Assembly (NCBI GenBank): GCA_963767925.1
Contig: CAVYGB010000002.1
Coordinates: forward strand, 448,001 to 512,000
Length of the DNA: 64,000 nucleotides
From: an uncultured delta proteobacterium
GTDB taxonomy: Bacteria > Myxococcota_A > Polyangia > Fen-1088
Direction of reading: 5' to 3'
The notes under the pieces were generated by a model that saw only the letters and a list, made by a program, of their open reading frames with translations, did not search any database and was not told the origin of the DNA. Below, piece after piece: positions 1-10,667 of the stretch (position 1 is the stretch's first letter; each line of letters opens with the position of its first letter). The translations under genes and the position numbers were made by a program.

Positions 1-20
1 CCGGCCGGCCCGGCAGGCCG

Positions 21-1001
21 GTGGACCTGAGCTCCGGGTTCGGGGGGAGCGGCTTGCGGGTCTTCGGGCTCGTCGCGATCGTCCTGGCCGGGTGGTGGGT
101 CGCAGCCTGCTCCTCGGGATCGGCTGGAAACACGGGTGGGCAGGACGCGGCAGTCGAGGCCGGGCCGGACGGCGATCCGGACGAGTCGACGAACGCCGAT
201 GGGCGCTGCGTGATGACCCGCGAGACCTTCTTTGCCCGGGTCCAGGGGTGCCTCGGGACGTGGTCCGACACGCTGGCCAGCATCGACGCGGCCTGCGCCG
301 CCCGCTCCGGCGCGCCGGTCATGGCGACCTGCGCGGGGCGAATCACGGTCGGCTACCTCGACAGCGTCGGCAGCGGCACCCGCTGCACCTACGACCCCGC
401 GACGGGGGCCTTCCTCGGTGGATCGCTCGAACAGGATACCCGCCGCCATTGCGGCGGCTCGTCTTTCAACGTCCACACCGAGCCGCCGGTCGACCACTGC
501 TATGTCGGCCCGAGCTGGGTCCATCCCCTCTATTGCGGCGCCGGCGGCTACGGCCTGCCGGTCGATCCTGGCCCCGCTCGCCCCGTCACCTTCACCGTCC
601 GCAACGAGACCACCGCGACGATCGATCTGTCCAGCGACGGCACCACCGGCGTCCAGGCCTGGCGGATCACCTCCCAGGGGCAACCGCTGCCCGTCCACAA
701 CTCCGGACGGTGCGACTGCCCCAACCACCACTGCGTCGTGGTCCACCAGCCGCCGCCGTCCACCCTCGTCGGCGGCGGTGGAGAGACCACCTTGACCTGG
801 GACGGAAGGCTCTGGAAGGACGTCGAGGGTCCGGCGCCTACGCTCCGCTGCGAGCAGCCCGAGCTGGCCCCCGCCGGACCGATGGTCATCCAGGTCAGCT
901 ACCGGATCCCCACGGCCAGCGGCGGCTACACAGCCCAGACGACCGTCGAGGCAGCGTTCGACAACCCGCCCGCCGGTCCGGTGGTCGTCACCGTCCGCTG
1001 A
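21..1001 (+). CDS. Hypothetical Cys-rich lipoprotein
   Basis: 326-aa ORF with hydrophobic N-terminus and lipobox-like VAAC, multiple Cys, GC-rich third codon positions; start uncertain. Confidence 0.65.
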   Translation: MDLSSGFGGSGLRVFGLVAIVLAGWWVAACSSGSAGNTGGQDAAVEAGPDGDPDESTNADGRCVMTRETFFARVQGCLGTWSDTLASIDAACAARSGAPVMATCAGRITVGYLDSVGSGTRCTYDPATGAFLGGSLEQDTRRHCGGSSFNVHTEPPVDHCYVGPSWVHPLYCGAGGYGLPVDPGPARPVTFTVRNETTATIDLSSDGTTGVQAWRITSQGQPLPVHNSGRCDCPNHHCVVVHQPPPSTLVGGGGETTLTWDGRLWKDVEGPAPTLRCEQPELAPAGPMVIQVSYRIPTASGGYTAQTTVEAAFDNPPAGPVVVTVR

Positions 1002-1323
1002 TTCTCCCGCGCCTGGCGTTCAGGGGCCCATCGTTGCAGGCCAGCTCGGTGAGCGGGGCCTCGCACACGCGGCGCACGGCCAGCACCGTGTCCATGGTCG
1101 AGACAACCTCCAGCTCGACCAGGCCCGCTCCGCCACCCGCAACAGGTAGAGCGCCTCGGAACCGCCGGTGTCCTTGCTGCGCGTGCAGGTTGTCGAGCCG
1201 TTGCGGCTCGTCGCAGCCGACTCCCGCGCTCACGCCCGGGAGCAGGAGAGCGCTCCTCACGAAGCTGGCGCGCGCCGTCGTGACCCCGGCGAGGCGCGTG
1301 TGGGCAAACATGCCCGACCGCAC
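988..1323 (-). pseudogene. Probable remnant of a secreted protein with a PPC-like motif
   Basis: DTVLAVRRVCEAPLTELACNDG resembles the myxobacterial DTVL..C....ELACNDD motif; ORF is short and looks truncated. Confidence 0.3.
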
Positions 1324-1566
1324 TTCGACATCCGTGCCCCTGGGGCGGGCGACCCGATCCCCGCCAGGCTATCGTCGTAACGCGCTTTGCTGCGTGCGGA
1401 ACCGACATTTCCACGACAGGGCTGTCCGATCCCGGTCGCCCCGGCGCGATGCGCAGGGGGCAGCGACAAAGGCGGGCGACCTCAAACGCGTGCGACAGAC
1501 CGTTGCTGCCGCCGTCAGAAGAAGGCGAAGCTACCATCCCTGAGCGCCACCCGGCGGGAGGCTCCC

Positions 1567-4086
1567 TTGCAGCGATCGGTCCTGGTTCCCTCGTCGTCCT
1601 CGTCTCTCCAGTCCTTCTTCTCTTACCTGGTCTCCTGGATTCGCCGCGCCCCGCGCAGCTTCGGGATCGCCATCCCCCTGCTGCTCTTCGCGACAGCGGC
1701 CTGCGAGGACGGGGGCGCGGGGGAGCTGCTCGACGCCGGCGGCGGCGAGGACGGCCCCGGGGTGGAGGTGGGCGTCGAGGCTGGCGGCGGTGACACCCCG
1801 GTCACCCCGCTGCCGTCGCCCCGGGTGGCCTTCTCCGAGATCATGTACAACCCGGTGCTCTCGAACGACGACGACAACGACCACGAGTTCATCGAGCTGC
1901 ACAACCCCGGCGATCAGCCGGTCGACCTCACCGGCTGGCGGCTGCAGGGCGAGGTGGCCTTCACCTTCCCCGCCGGCAGCGCCCTCGCGCCCGGCCAGTA
2001 CCTGGTGGTGGCGCGCAACCGGGCCCGCCTGCTGGCCCTCGCTCGCCATGACCTCGGCCCGCGCGCCGCTGCCGTGCTGGGCGACTACCAGGGCGCCCTC
2101 GACGACGGGGGCGGCCGCCTGCTGCTGACCGACGCCCGCGGCGCGACGGTGGACGCCGTCCGCTACGACGACGCCTTCCCCTGGCCGCTGGCCGCCGACG
2201 GCTTCGGCGCCAGCGACGGCTGGTTCGAGGAGCCGGCCTGGTTCCCGGCCAGCGATCCCCGCCGCGATTTCACCCCCCACCGCTACCTGGGCCACTCGCT
2301 CGAGCGGGTCAGCTTCGACCGGCCGGCCAGCGACGTCGCCAACTGGGTGCCCTCCCCCCTCGACGGCGCCACCCCCGGCCGCCCGGGCGCCACCGGCGGC
2401 ACGCCCCCGGCCATCGTCGAGGAGCTGGCTGTCGGCCCCCGCGATCGCCCGCTCGAGCGGGTGATCCGGGACAGCGACGAGGTCCTCGTGCGGGTTCGCC
2501 TCACCGCCGGCAGCCCCGTCGAGGACGTCCAGGTGGAGTCCTGGGTCGAGTTCGATCAGGCGCGCCACGTCGCCACCCGCCCCGCGCCCACCCGGGTGGC
2601 CATGACCGCCGGCCCCGACGGCGGCCTGCGGGCGGTGTTGCCCGCCCGCCCGGCCCGCAGCCTCGTCCGCTACCGCATCGTCGGCGCGCGCACGCCCGGG
2701 CAAAGCGTGGCCCTGTCGCCCCGCCCGACCGATCCCCTGCCCCACGGGCACCACGCCTACTACGTCAGCCCCAACCTGGCCGGCAAGCCCTACTACGAGA
2801 TCCTCATCGCGCCCGACGATTGGGGGCGGATGTGGACCAACGTGTCGCCCGACGGGGCCGTGCTGGGCTGCCCCTCCGACTACCTCGACGAGCCCTGCCG
2901 GGCCTGCGAGGAGAACCCGCGCTGGAACGCGCGCGTCCCCGCCGTGTTCGTCTCGGGGGGCGAGGCCTACGACGTGCGCACCCGCTACCAGGGCAGCATG
3001 GAGGGGCGCACCAGCGCCGACGACATCAGCGACTGGCCCCCCGACCGCCCCGGCCCCAGCGTGGGACCGATCAAGGCCATGAGCTGGAGCCTGTCTTTAC
3101 CGCGCTACCACCGCTTCGAGGACCGCCGCCGCCTCCTGCTCAACCGCCTGCAGCAGTCCTGCCCCGGCTTCTCCCACGCCCTGGCCGCCGCCCTCGACGA
3201 GGACGAGCGGGGGGGCCGCATCCCCGCTCCCCGGGTGCGCCGCTGGGCCCGGGTGTTCGTCAACGGCGCGCCCTACAACTACATGATGGACCTCGAGCCG
3301 ATCGACGAGGGCTACCTCGAGCGCTTCCACGGCGACGACCTGCCCATCGGCGACGTCTACAAGGTGTTCAGCACGGGCGACGACCACGGCCCCTGGGCCG
3401 CCGGCACCGGCCAGGAGATCGAGCCCTCCCCCTGGTGCCCGGCCATCCCGGTGGCCACCCGCTACGAGCGGACCTACGAGCGCCACAGCAACACCTGGCG
3501 ATCGATCGACGAGCTGATGGGCCTTGTCACCGGCTTCGCGGCGGCGCGCGACGGGGATACCGCGGCGGTGCGCGCCTTTCTCGCGGCCAACTTCGACGTT
3601 CAGGCCACCTTGAAGTACTACGCCGTCCAGCAGTGGGGCGCCCCCTGGGACGACAACGGCAAGAACTACAACATCTACAAGCTGCCGCCGCACGCCGTGC
3701 GCCCGGGGGCCGGCCCGTTCGCCATCACCTCCTGGGACGTCGACCGCATGTTCGGTGTCACCTTCTGCGAGGCCAACGACTGCACGCGCGCCGACATCCC
3801 CGTCCACTGCGGCACCGACGACCTGCCGGTGTGCAACCGCTGGAAGCGCGCCTTCATCGAGGAGATGCGCCCGGAGTACGACGCCAAGCTGCGCGAGCTG
3901 AACGAGACCCTGTTCCAGCCGGCCAACATCAAGCGCATCGTCGACGAGACCCTGGCCCGCTACGACGCCAGCGAGGCCAACCAGATGCTCAACACCCCGA
4001 GCTGCGACGCCGCCGTCGAGGCCGAGGCGATGAAGCGCTTCGCCGATCGGCGCTACCTGGCCGTGCGGCAGCAGCTCGACTACTGA
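1567..4086 (+). CDS. Lamin-tail-domain + CotH kinase family lipoprotein
   Basis: LTD motif FSEIMYNP...EFIELHNPGDQPVDLTGWRL; CotH-like motifs ARVFVNG..Y..LEPIDEGY, WDDNGKNYNIY, SWDVDRMFG; lipobox ATAAC; start uncertain (ORF open from 1387). Confidence 0.8.
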   Translation: MQRSVLVPSSSSSLQSFFSYLVSWIRRAPRSFGIAIPLLLFATAACEDGGAGELLDAGGGEDGPGVEVGVEAGGGDTPVTPLPSPRVAFSEIMYNPVLSNDDDNDHEFIELHNPGDQPVDLTGWRLQGEVAFTFPAGSALAPGQYLVVARNRARLLALARHDLGPRAAAVLGDYQGALDDGGGRLLLTDARGATVDAVRYDDAFPWPLAADGFGASDGWFEEPAWFPASDPRRDFTPHRYLGHSLERVSFDRPASDVANWVPSPLDGATPGRPGATGGTPPAIVEELAVGPRDRPLERVIRDSDEVLVRVRLTAGSPVEDVQVESWVEFDQARHVATRPAPTRVAMTAGPDGGLRAVLPARPARSLVRYRIVGARTPGQSVALSPRPTDPLPHGHHAYYVSPNLAGKPYYEILIAPDDWGRMWTNVSPDGAVLGCPSDYLDEPCRACEENPRWNARVPAVFVSGGEAYDVRTRYQGSMEGRTSADDISDWPPDRPGPSVGPIKAMSWSLSLPRYHRFEDRRRLLLNRLQQSCPGFSHALAAALDEDERGGRIPAPRVRRWARVFVNGAPYNYMMDLEPIDEGYLERFHGDDLPIGDVYKVFSTGDDHGPWAAGTGQEIEPSPWCPAIPVATRYERTYERHSNTWRSIDELMGLVTGFAAARDGDTAAVRAFLAANFDVQATLKYYAVQQWGAPWDDNGKNYNIYKLPPHAVRPGAGPFAITSWDVDRMFGVTFCEANDCTRADIPVHCGTDDLPVCNRWKRAFIEEMRPEYDAKLRELNETLFQPANIKRIVDETLARYDASEANQMLNTPSCDAAVEAEAMKRFADRRYLAVRQQLDY

Positions 4087-4100
4087 CCCCGGCGCTCAGA

Positions 4101-5192
4101 TCAATCGAAGGCGACGCCGGTCTGCCGGCTGACGAAGCGGAGGTCTTCCACCACCGGCATCAGCAGGGGGATGCCGTCGCGGCGGCGCTCCTGCTCGGCC
4201 ACCCGCTCGGGGTCGCCGGGCACCAGGGGGGCGGGGGCGCCGGGCGCCGGGCGGGTGCTGCGCAAGGTGCGGACCAGATCGTCGATCTGGCGCTTGAAGT
4301 CGGGCGGATCGATGAAGCCGTCGATGCGCATCGACCCGAAGAAGTGCCCCAGCCCCTTGCCCACCGAGCGGGTGGGCAGCCCCTGCTGCACGGCGAAGGG
4401 CGGCGCGAAGGGCCCCCAGTTCGCCCCCGACAGCACGGCGCTGAGCACGTCGACCATCAAGGCCAGCGCGTAGCCCTTGTGCCCGCCGCGCTCGCGGTCC
4501 GACCCCAGCGGCAGCAGGGCCCCGCCGTCGACCATCTCGTCGGGATCGTCGGTGTCGCGCCCGTGCTTGTCGATGGCCCAGCCGACCGGGATGCGCACCC
4601 CCTTGCGCCGGGCGATCTCCAGCTTGCCGTAGGCCGCCGCGCAGGTGGCCATGTCGATCACGATGGGCGGCTCGTCCTGGCCGGGGAAGGCGATGGCGAT
4701 GGGGTTGGTGCCGAGCCGGCGCTCGGCCCCCCACAGCGGCGCCACCAGCCCGGTGGCGTTGGTCATCGACCAGTTGATGAGGTCGCGCGGCAGCCCCTCC
4801 ATCACGTACCAGCCGGCGATGCCGTAATGGTTGCTGTTGCACACCGCCACCCAGCCGGTGCCGGCCGCGTCGGCCTTCTCCATGGCGAGCGCGTTGGCGA
4901 AGGGCCCCACCACCAGCCCCAGCCCGTTGTCTCCGTCCACCGTCGCCGTCGAGGCGGTCTGCCGCACCACCTTCGGCTGCGGCCGGGGGTTGATCCGCCC
5001 GGAGGTCATCATCTCGACGTAGGCCCGCAGCCGCGCCACCCCGTGCGAGTCGATCCCGCGCAGGTCGGCCGAGGCCAGCACGTCGGCCGCCCGCCGCGCC
5101 TCCCCCGCCGGCACCCCGAACCCCTCGAACACCCGGACGCAGAACTCGTGGAGCTGGGGCAGCGGGTACCGCCGGATCTCGACCGTCTTCAT
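4101..5192 (-). CDS. Ldh_2 family (type 2 malate/L-lactate dehydrogenase-like) oxidoreductase
   Basis: ADLRGIDSHG, GTNPIAIAFP, DMAT, GGHKGYAL and PGDPE motifs. Confidence 0.92.
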   Translation of the reverse strand: MKTVEIRRYPLPQLHEFCVRVFEGFGVPAGEARRAADVLASADLRGIDSHGVARLRAYVEMMTSGRINPRPQPKVVRQTASTATVDGDNGLGLVVGPFANALAMEKADAAGTGWVAVCNSNHYGIAGWYVMEGLPRDLINWSMTNATGLVAPLWGAERRLGTNPIAIAFPGQDEPPIVIDMATCAAAYGKLEIARRKGVRIPVGWAIDKHGRDTDDPDEMVDGGALLPLGSDRERGGHKGYALALMVDVLSAVLSGANWGPFAPPFAVQQGLPTRSVGKGLGHFFGSMRIDGFIDPPDFKRQIDDLVRTLRSTRPAPGAPAPLVPGDPERVAEQERRRDGIPLLMPVVEDLRFVSRQTGVAFD

Positions 5193-5408
5193 GCGCCGCA
5201 ACTTACCGCCGGGCCCGCCTTCGCGCTGTGTCCGGGATCGGTTTAATCGCCGCCGGACGCTCGATGACGCCCGGGGCCGGGGTTTCCTGCCGGTCGGTCC
5301 GTTTCCCGCCGTCGATCCGGCGCTTTACAACGGCGAAAGGGCTCTGGAAGATGCCTGCGGGCGGGCGAAGCAGGGCGGGTGGTGGGTCCCCAATCAGGAG
5401 GCATCGAG

Positions 5409-7106
5409 ATGTCGCCATTCGTACGCGCGCGGGTTTGCTCTATAGGTCTCGTCACCCTGTTCGCCTCGCTGGCCGGCTGCGGCGAATCGAGCGAGCCAGG
5501 CACCCCGCCGGTGGTGCAACCTCCTGGCGGCGGCGCCGGCGGCTCGACCCGGCCCGATCCGCCCACCCTGGGCACTGGCGGCAGCGGCGGCTCCACCGAA
5601 GGCACCGGTGGCAGCGCGGGTAGCGCCGGCGCCGGCGGCAGCGCGGGCTCCGGTGGCAACGCCGGCAGCGCCGGCCAGGCCCCACCGATGGCCGGCAGCG
5701 GCGGCAGCGCCCCGGTCGACGCCGGCGGCGGCGGCAGCGACGCCGGCCCCGCCATGCCCCCGCCCCTCGCCCCCGAGCCTCCCCTGCCCCCCTGCAAGCG
5801 CACCGTGCAGGTGGCCAACGGCGGTGCGCTCGGCGGCGCCATCGCCGGCGCCCAGCCGGGCGACTGCCTCGTGCTCGCCGACGGCAACTACACCTTCCCC
5901 GGCATCAGCAAGCGCGGCACCGCCGAGTCGCCGATCGTCATCCGGGCCGCCAATCGCCTGCAGGCGGTGGTCCCTAACGGCAACATCAGCCTCAACAACT
6001 CCGCCCACGTCATCCTGGAAGGCCTGCGCTTCAGCAGCAGCGGCAACATCACCTTCAACAACAGCGAATATTGCCGCCTGAGCCGCTCCCGCTTCACCCC
6101 CACCAACCAGGCGGCCAACGACTGGGTGATCATGAACGGCACCACCCACCACACCCGCATCGACCACAACGAGTTCGGCCCCCGCACCCTGGTCGGCAAC
6201 ACAATCATGTTCGGCGGCGAAGGGTCGCAGATCGTCCAGAACAACCGGATCGACCACAACTACTTCCACGACATCGCGGGAGGCGGCGGCAACGGCTGGG
6301 AGACTCTCCGCATTGGTCTCTCGGGCCGCGCGCAGAGCGAAGGCGCGAATCTGGTGGAGTTCAACCTGTTCAAAGGCGCCACCGGCGACCCCGAGACAAT
6401 CTCCGTCAAGTCGTCGAAGAACATCATCCGCTACAACACTTATCGCGCCACTAACGGCGAGATCACGCTCCGCCACGGGAACGGGAACCTCGTCTACGGC
6501 AACTTCATGCTCGGGGAAGGCCTCACCGAGGCGAAGGGCATTCGCGTCCTGGGCGCCGACCACCGGATCTTCAACAACTACTTCGAGGATATCGTCGACA
6601 GCTCCGCCATCCTCCTTCGCGGTGGCACGAACGCGGCCACGAACGAGAACGGAACCGACTTCTACCGGGTGTATCGAACCCAGGTCGTCAACAACACGGT
6701 CGTCGGTGGCAAGGGCATCTCGGTGGGAAGCCGGGACATGCCCCCCGCGGACTGCGTGGTGGCCAACAACATCGTTCAAAATGGGATCGGTCCGGCGATC
6801 ATCGACCTGGGACAGGGCACCCGCATCGAAGGCAACATCGTGAACCCGATCGGGGCGATGACCACTCCCGGCGTCATGCAAGGCGTGCGCGTCGTCGATC
6901 CCATGCTCATGAAAGTGGATGGGGTCTTCAGACTTTCGATTGGCAGCCCAGCGGTCGATGCGGCCATCGGGCAGTTCGACTACGTCGTCGACGACATGGA
7001 CGGTCACGCCCGGGCGAAGGCCGACGTCGGCGCAGACGAGCTCGCCCCCGGCGTAGTGACCCGCCGCCCGTTGACCCAGGCCGACGTGGGACCCGACGCT
7101 CCCTGA
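5409..7106 (+). CDS. Polysaccharide lyase family 6 (chondroitinase B/alginate lyase-like) lipoprotein
   Basis: AGGAGG RBS before ATG 5409; lipobox LAGC; Gly/Ser linker; beta-helix motifs RIDHNYF, NGWETLRIG, ETISVKSSKN, LRHGNGN. Confidence 0.88.
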   Translation: MSPFVRARVCSIGLVTLFASLAGCGESSEPGTPPVVQPPGGGAGGSTRPDPPTLGTGGSGGSTEGTGGSAGSAGAGGSAGSGGNAGSAGQAPPMAGSGGSAPVDAGGGGSDAGPAMPPPLAPEPPLPPCKRTVQVANGGALGGAIAGAQPGDCLVLADGNYTFPGISKRGTAESPIVIRAANRLQAVVPNGNISLNNSAHVILEGLRFSSSGNITFNNSEYCRLSRSRFTPTNQAANDWVIMNGTTHHTRIDHNEFGPRTLVGNTIMFGGEGSQIVQNNRIDHNYFHDIAGGGGNGWETLRIGLSGRAQSEGANLVEFNLFKGATGDPETISVKSSKNIIRYNTYRATNGEITLRHGNGNLVYGNFMLGEGLTEAKGIRVLGADHRIFNNYFEDIVDSSAILLRGGTNAATNENGTDFYRVYRTQVVNNTVVGGKGISVGSRDMPPADCVVANNIVQNGIGPAIIDLGQGTRIEGNIVNPIGAMTTPGVMQGVRVVDPMLMKVDGVFRLSIGSPAVDAAIGQFDYVVDDMDGHARAKADVGADELAPGVVTRRPLTQADVGPDAP

Positions 7107-7285
7107 TCCGGTTTGAGGACGGGACGGTCTGACAGCCGTTCCCGCAGAGTGTCTCTGCGGTCGCCAGGCGAGTGGCTTCGGCTCGCCGTTGCTTCCATAG
7201 ATACCGAGCCGTGTAGGTTCCGGTAGACATACCTCCGCCTCGCGGCTAGGCTGCGCCAAGTAATTTTTTTGAGGGAGGGAGAGCC

Positions 7286-9289
7286 GTGACCGCACCAGGC
7301 TTTCGACTGACCACGGCCCTGATGTTGGTGTCTTTCCTCGGCTGCCTCTCGCAGCCAAATCGGTACGCCGGCGATCCCGCGCAGCTCTTTCCCGACGCCT
7401 CCGCGCCGAGGGCGACCTCGGACGGGCCCGCGCCGTCCGGCCAAACAGGTTGTGTCCCGGCTGCGCCCTGTGTCCTCCCGGACAAGCCGTGCATCGCCGG
7501 AGCAACGATCTGCGAAGGGGACGGCACATCGAGATGTGGAGAGACAGCCTCCTTGCGGCCGAACGGCACTGCGTGTGGCGGAGGGGATTCGGTCTGCTCC
7601 GACGGCGTTTGCAGCGCCTGCAAAGCAGGTCTCGATTGCCAGCTCCCCGGTCAGCCATGCCGCCGCGGCGCGATCGACTGCGCCTCGGGAAGACCCGAAT
7701 GTGTTGAATCCGGCCTCGCACCCAACGGCCTCGAATGCGGTCAGCCGATGATGGTGTGCCAGGAGGGGGCTTGCGCGAGCTGCACGGCCGGAAGCCCATG
7801 TGTGCCGACCAACCCCTGTCACGAAGGCACCCTGACCTGCAGTGGGACGGTATCGTGTACCGACTCGGGTGTCTCCAGGCCGCCAGGAAGCGCTTGCGGC
7901 ACCGGCATGGTGTGCGATCCGAGCGGAGCCTGCGTCTCTTGTAGCAGTGGAATGGCCTGCGACCTTCCGAGCACTGAACCCTGCAAGATCGGAACGATCG
8001 AATGCAGCGGTGGCGGTCCCAAGTGCGCCGCCTCGGGCAACGCGCCGAATGGGAAGGCGTGCGGCAGCGGGCGCGTTTGTCGCGACGGAGCGTGCGAAGT
8101 ATGCAGCGATGGGATGCCCTGCACCCCTGAGGGAAACCGCTGTCATCGCGGAACCCTCACGTGCAGCAGTGGCAATCCGGTGTGCGCCGACAGCGGGGCC
8201 AACGTCCCCGACGGCATGATGTGCGGCACGAACCAGTTCTGCAGGGAGGGCAACTGTCAGGCGTGCACGCCGGGAGTCGCCTGCTCCCCAGAAGGCAACC
8301 CCTGTCGCACGGGACGGACCTCGTGCACCACCGGATCGTCTCGTTGCGAGGCCTCCGGGAATGTTCAGGACGGGCGCAGCTGCGGAGAGCGTATGTTCTG
8401 CCGCGGAGGCGACTGCCAGTTCTGTAACCAGGGCGCGCCCTGCAATCCTTCGAATTCCTGCAAAACAGGAAGTATCTCGTGCTCGACCGGGTCCGAGGCC
8501 TGCGCCGAGTCGGCCAACGTCCGGGACGGAACCAGCTGCGGCGCAAACAGGGAGTGTGCCGCCGGCGGATGCCAGGACTGCGGACGCGACAACGACCGCT
8601 GCTGCAGTGGAAACCAGTGCCGAAGCGGAAACTTCGAATGCCGTGGCAACCAGTGCGTACGACGCTGTGGACCTGCGGACGGACAGTGCCCAGCCGGCTG
8701 TAGCTTCAACCAGGACGACGACTGCAAGCGACCGAACGGACAGGGTTGCGGCGCCGATAGCCAGTGCCAGAGCAACAGCTGCGCCGGCGGAGTCTGCTGC
8801 AACGGCGGCCAGAATGGCTGCGGTGGCCGGTGCGTGGGAAACAACGACGTGAATGCCTGCGGAGCGAGCTGCATCGACTGCCCCGAACCCGACCGATCGA
8901 CCGCTCAGTGTGCCAACGGCCGCTGCGACTTCAGATGCGACAGCGGCTTCATGAAGTCCGGCGGCGGCTGTGTCCCGCAATGTGGAAACCGCGGCCAACG
9001 CTGCTGCGGCGGCGCCTGCCCCGGCGCCGGCAACCTCCAGTGCATCAACGACAGCTGCGTCGCGTGCAACTGTCGCGCAGATCAGGTCTGCCAACCGAAC
9101 GGAACCTGCCTCTCCGAGGTGAACGGTATCTGCCAGCGAGACTCAGACTGCGCGCCACGACCATCCGACAGGCCCGCCCTCATCTGCGGCGGACTCTGCC
9201 TCTTCGCCAAGACATTCTGCATAGTCGACGACGACTGCCTCATCGGCGACGAATGCCCCCCCTCCGGCCGCGTCTGCACCGAGGAGTAG
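7286..9289 (+). CDS. Cys-rich tandem-repeat surface lipoprotein
   Basis: 667-aa ORF, lipobox FLGC, repeated units of about 50 aa (CxxGxxxCSxGxPxC...PNGxxCG...VCxxGxC). Confidence 0.8.
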   Translation: MTAPGFRLTTALMLVSFLGCLSQPNRYAGDPAQLFPDASAPRATSDGPAPSGQTGCVPAAPCVLPDKPCIAGATICEGDGTSRCGETASLRPNGTACGGGDSVCSDGVCSACKAGLDCQLPGQPCRRGAIDCASGRPECVESGLAPNGLECGQPMMVCQEGACASCTAGSPCVPTNPCHEGTLTCSGTVSCTDSGVSRPPGSACGTGMVCDPSGACVSCSSGMACDLPSTEPCKIGTIECSGGGPKCAASGNAPNGKACGSGRVCRDGACEVCSDGMPCTPEGNRCHRGTLTCSSGNPVCADSGANVPDGMMCGTNQFCREGNCQACTPGVACSPEGNPCRTGRTSCTTGSSRCEASGNVQDGRSCGERMFCRGGDCQFCNQGAPCNPSNSCKTGSISCSTGSEACAESANVRDGTSCGANRECAAGGCQDCGRDNDRCCSGNQCRSGNFECRGNQCVRRCGPADGQCPAGCSFNQDDDCKRPNGQGCGADSQCQSNSCAGGVCCNGGQNGCGGRCVGNNDVNACGASCIDCPEPDRSTAQCANGRCDFRCDSGFMKSGGGCVPQCGNRGQRCCGGACPGAGNLQCINDSCVACNCRADQVCQPNGTCLSEVNGICQRDSDCAPRPSDRPALICGGLCLFAKTFCIVDDDCLIGDECPPSGRVCTEE

Positions 9290-9484
9290 CGACGCCGAGG
9301 CAGATGTCAGCCGCCTCCTCGCCTACCGCTGCGAGGAACATGGCGGGCGCCCCATACGACCCCGCGTATTCCGGCCGATCTGGCGTTCGTTCGTTCCGGA
9401 AGGATCTGCGCGTTCACAAGGGGGGGCGAATCGGTCGGTGGACGGCAACCGCGATGGCGCCCGCCGACAGCGTGTGGCCTCCGG

Positions 9485-10364
9485 TCAGGTTGGCGAGGAG
9501 TCGCTTGTTAGCTGCGGCGTGACGGGGCGGTCGGGGCGACGGCGGATCCAGACTTGGCCGTCGGGGGGAGGGGTGAGGACGTGGGTCAGGGGGGCGCCGC
9601 GCGAGGGGGGCGCTTCGCCGGTGGGGTCCACGACGGTCGACAGCATGCCTGCCGCCTCCACTTCGTCGCCGGGCGCGAGGGTGACTTCGCTGAACGGTGA
9701 GCTGGGCCAGAAGCGCGACTTCCGTACGGCCGCGCCGAGCGATCGCAGGGTCTCGGGTGGCAAGTCGGTGACTGCTCTGGGTTGGTCGTCGACGAGCAGG
9801 TCCTCTGGGTGCAGGCGGACCGAGCGGCCGTCGGGCAGTCGGACGCGGAAGGGGACGCCGCGGATCTCCTCGCGGGCGGTGGCGCTCGGGCGCTCGTTGC
9901 GCCCGCTCTCATGGAACATGCTCCGCATACACGACCGGGCGGGCCGAGCCGGGCGTGGGGAACGCGTCCTGCGAGGCCTCGATGGTGCCGGCGATCCGCA
10001 CCACCTGTGGCGCCGGCGTGGGGCCAACTCGCTCGAGCAACGGGATCCGACCGAACCGGCGCGCTCGCCGCCAGCGCTTGACGACCTTCCGCATGTCGAA
10101 AGATGAAGTCACGAGGAACATGAGCAGCGCCACCGGGAGGTCGTCCGGGGCGATGAGGAGCGCGAAGATCGTGACGCCACCGAGGACCAGACCATAAGGC
10201 TTGAGATAGGCCTTCGGGCTCAGGTTCGACTCGAAGATCTCCCCCGCCAGCCCCCACCGCACACGAACACGGGGGCCGAACGAATCAGCCGCGGCCAACG
10301 CTGTCGCGGCCGGCGACGCTGCAGGGACGACGAGCGCCCCGCCCCAATCAGACGGGCTGTCCAT
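9485..10364 (-). CDS. Hypothetical membrane protein, one frameshift near 9925
   Basis: ORFs 9909-10364 and 9485-10027 join into a continuous plausible protein; hydrophobic segments; TATAGT 7 nt upstream of ATG. Confidence 0.5.
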
Positions 10365-10667
10365 CTCCGCGACTATACACCCCTCGCGGACAGGGTTTGG
10401 TGCAGCGGCGCCGGCTCGTCACCTATCGTCGGTCGTCTGGAACGTGATTGGGGCACATGTCGTGGCGGGCCGAAAACGCCGAGGACTGTCTCGAGCAGGT
10501 CGAGCTGCCCTACAAAAGGACGCTCATCACGCCGGCCGACCTGGGAGCCATGCGACGCCGGGGAGGGAGGTCCCCACCCCCTCCCCGGGGGCGGTCTACA
10601 TCTTCTCTGCCCTTGGAACTTGATTGGGGCACATGTTGGTGGAGGGAAGGCCCCCCCCGCCCCCAGG

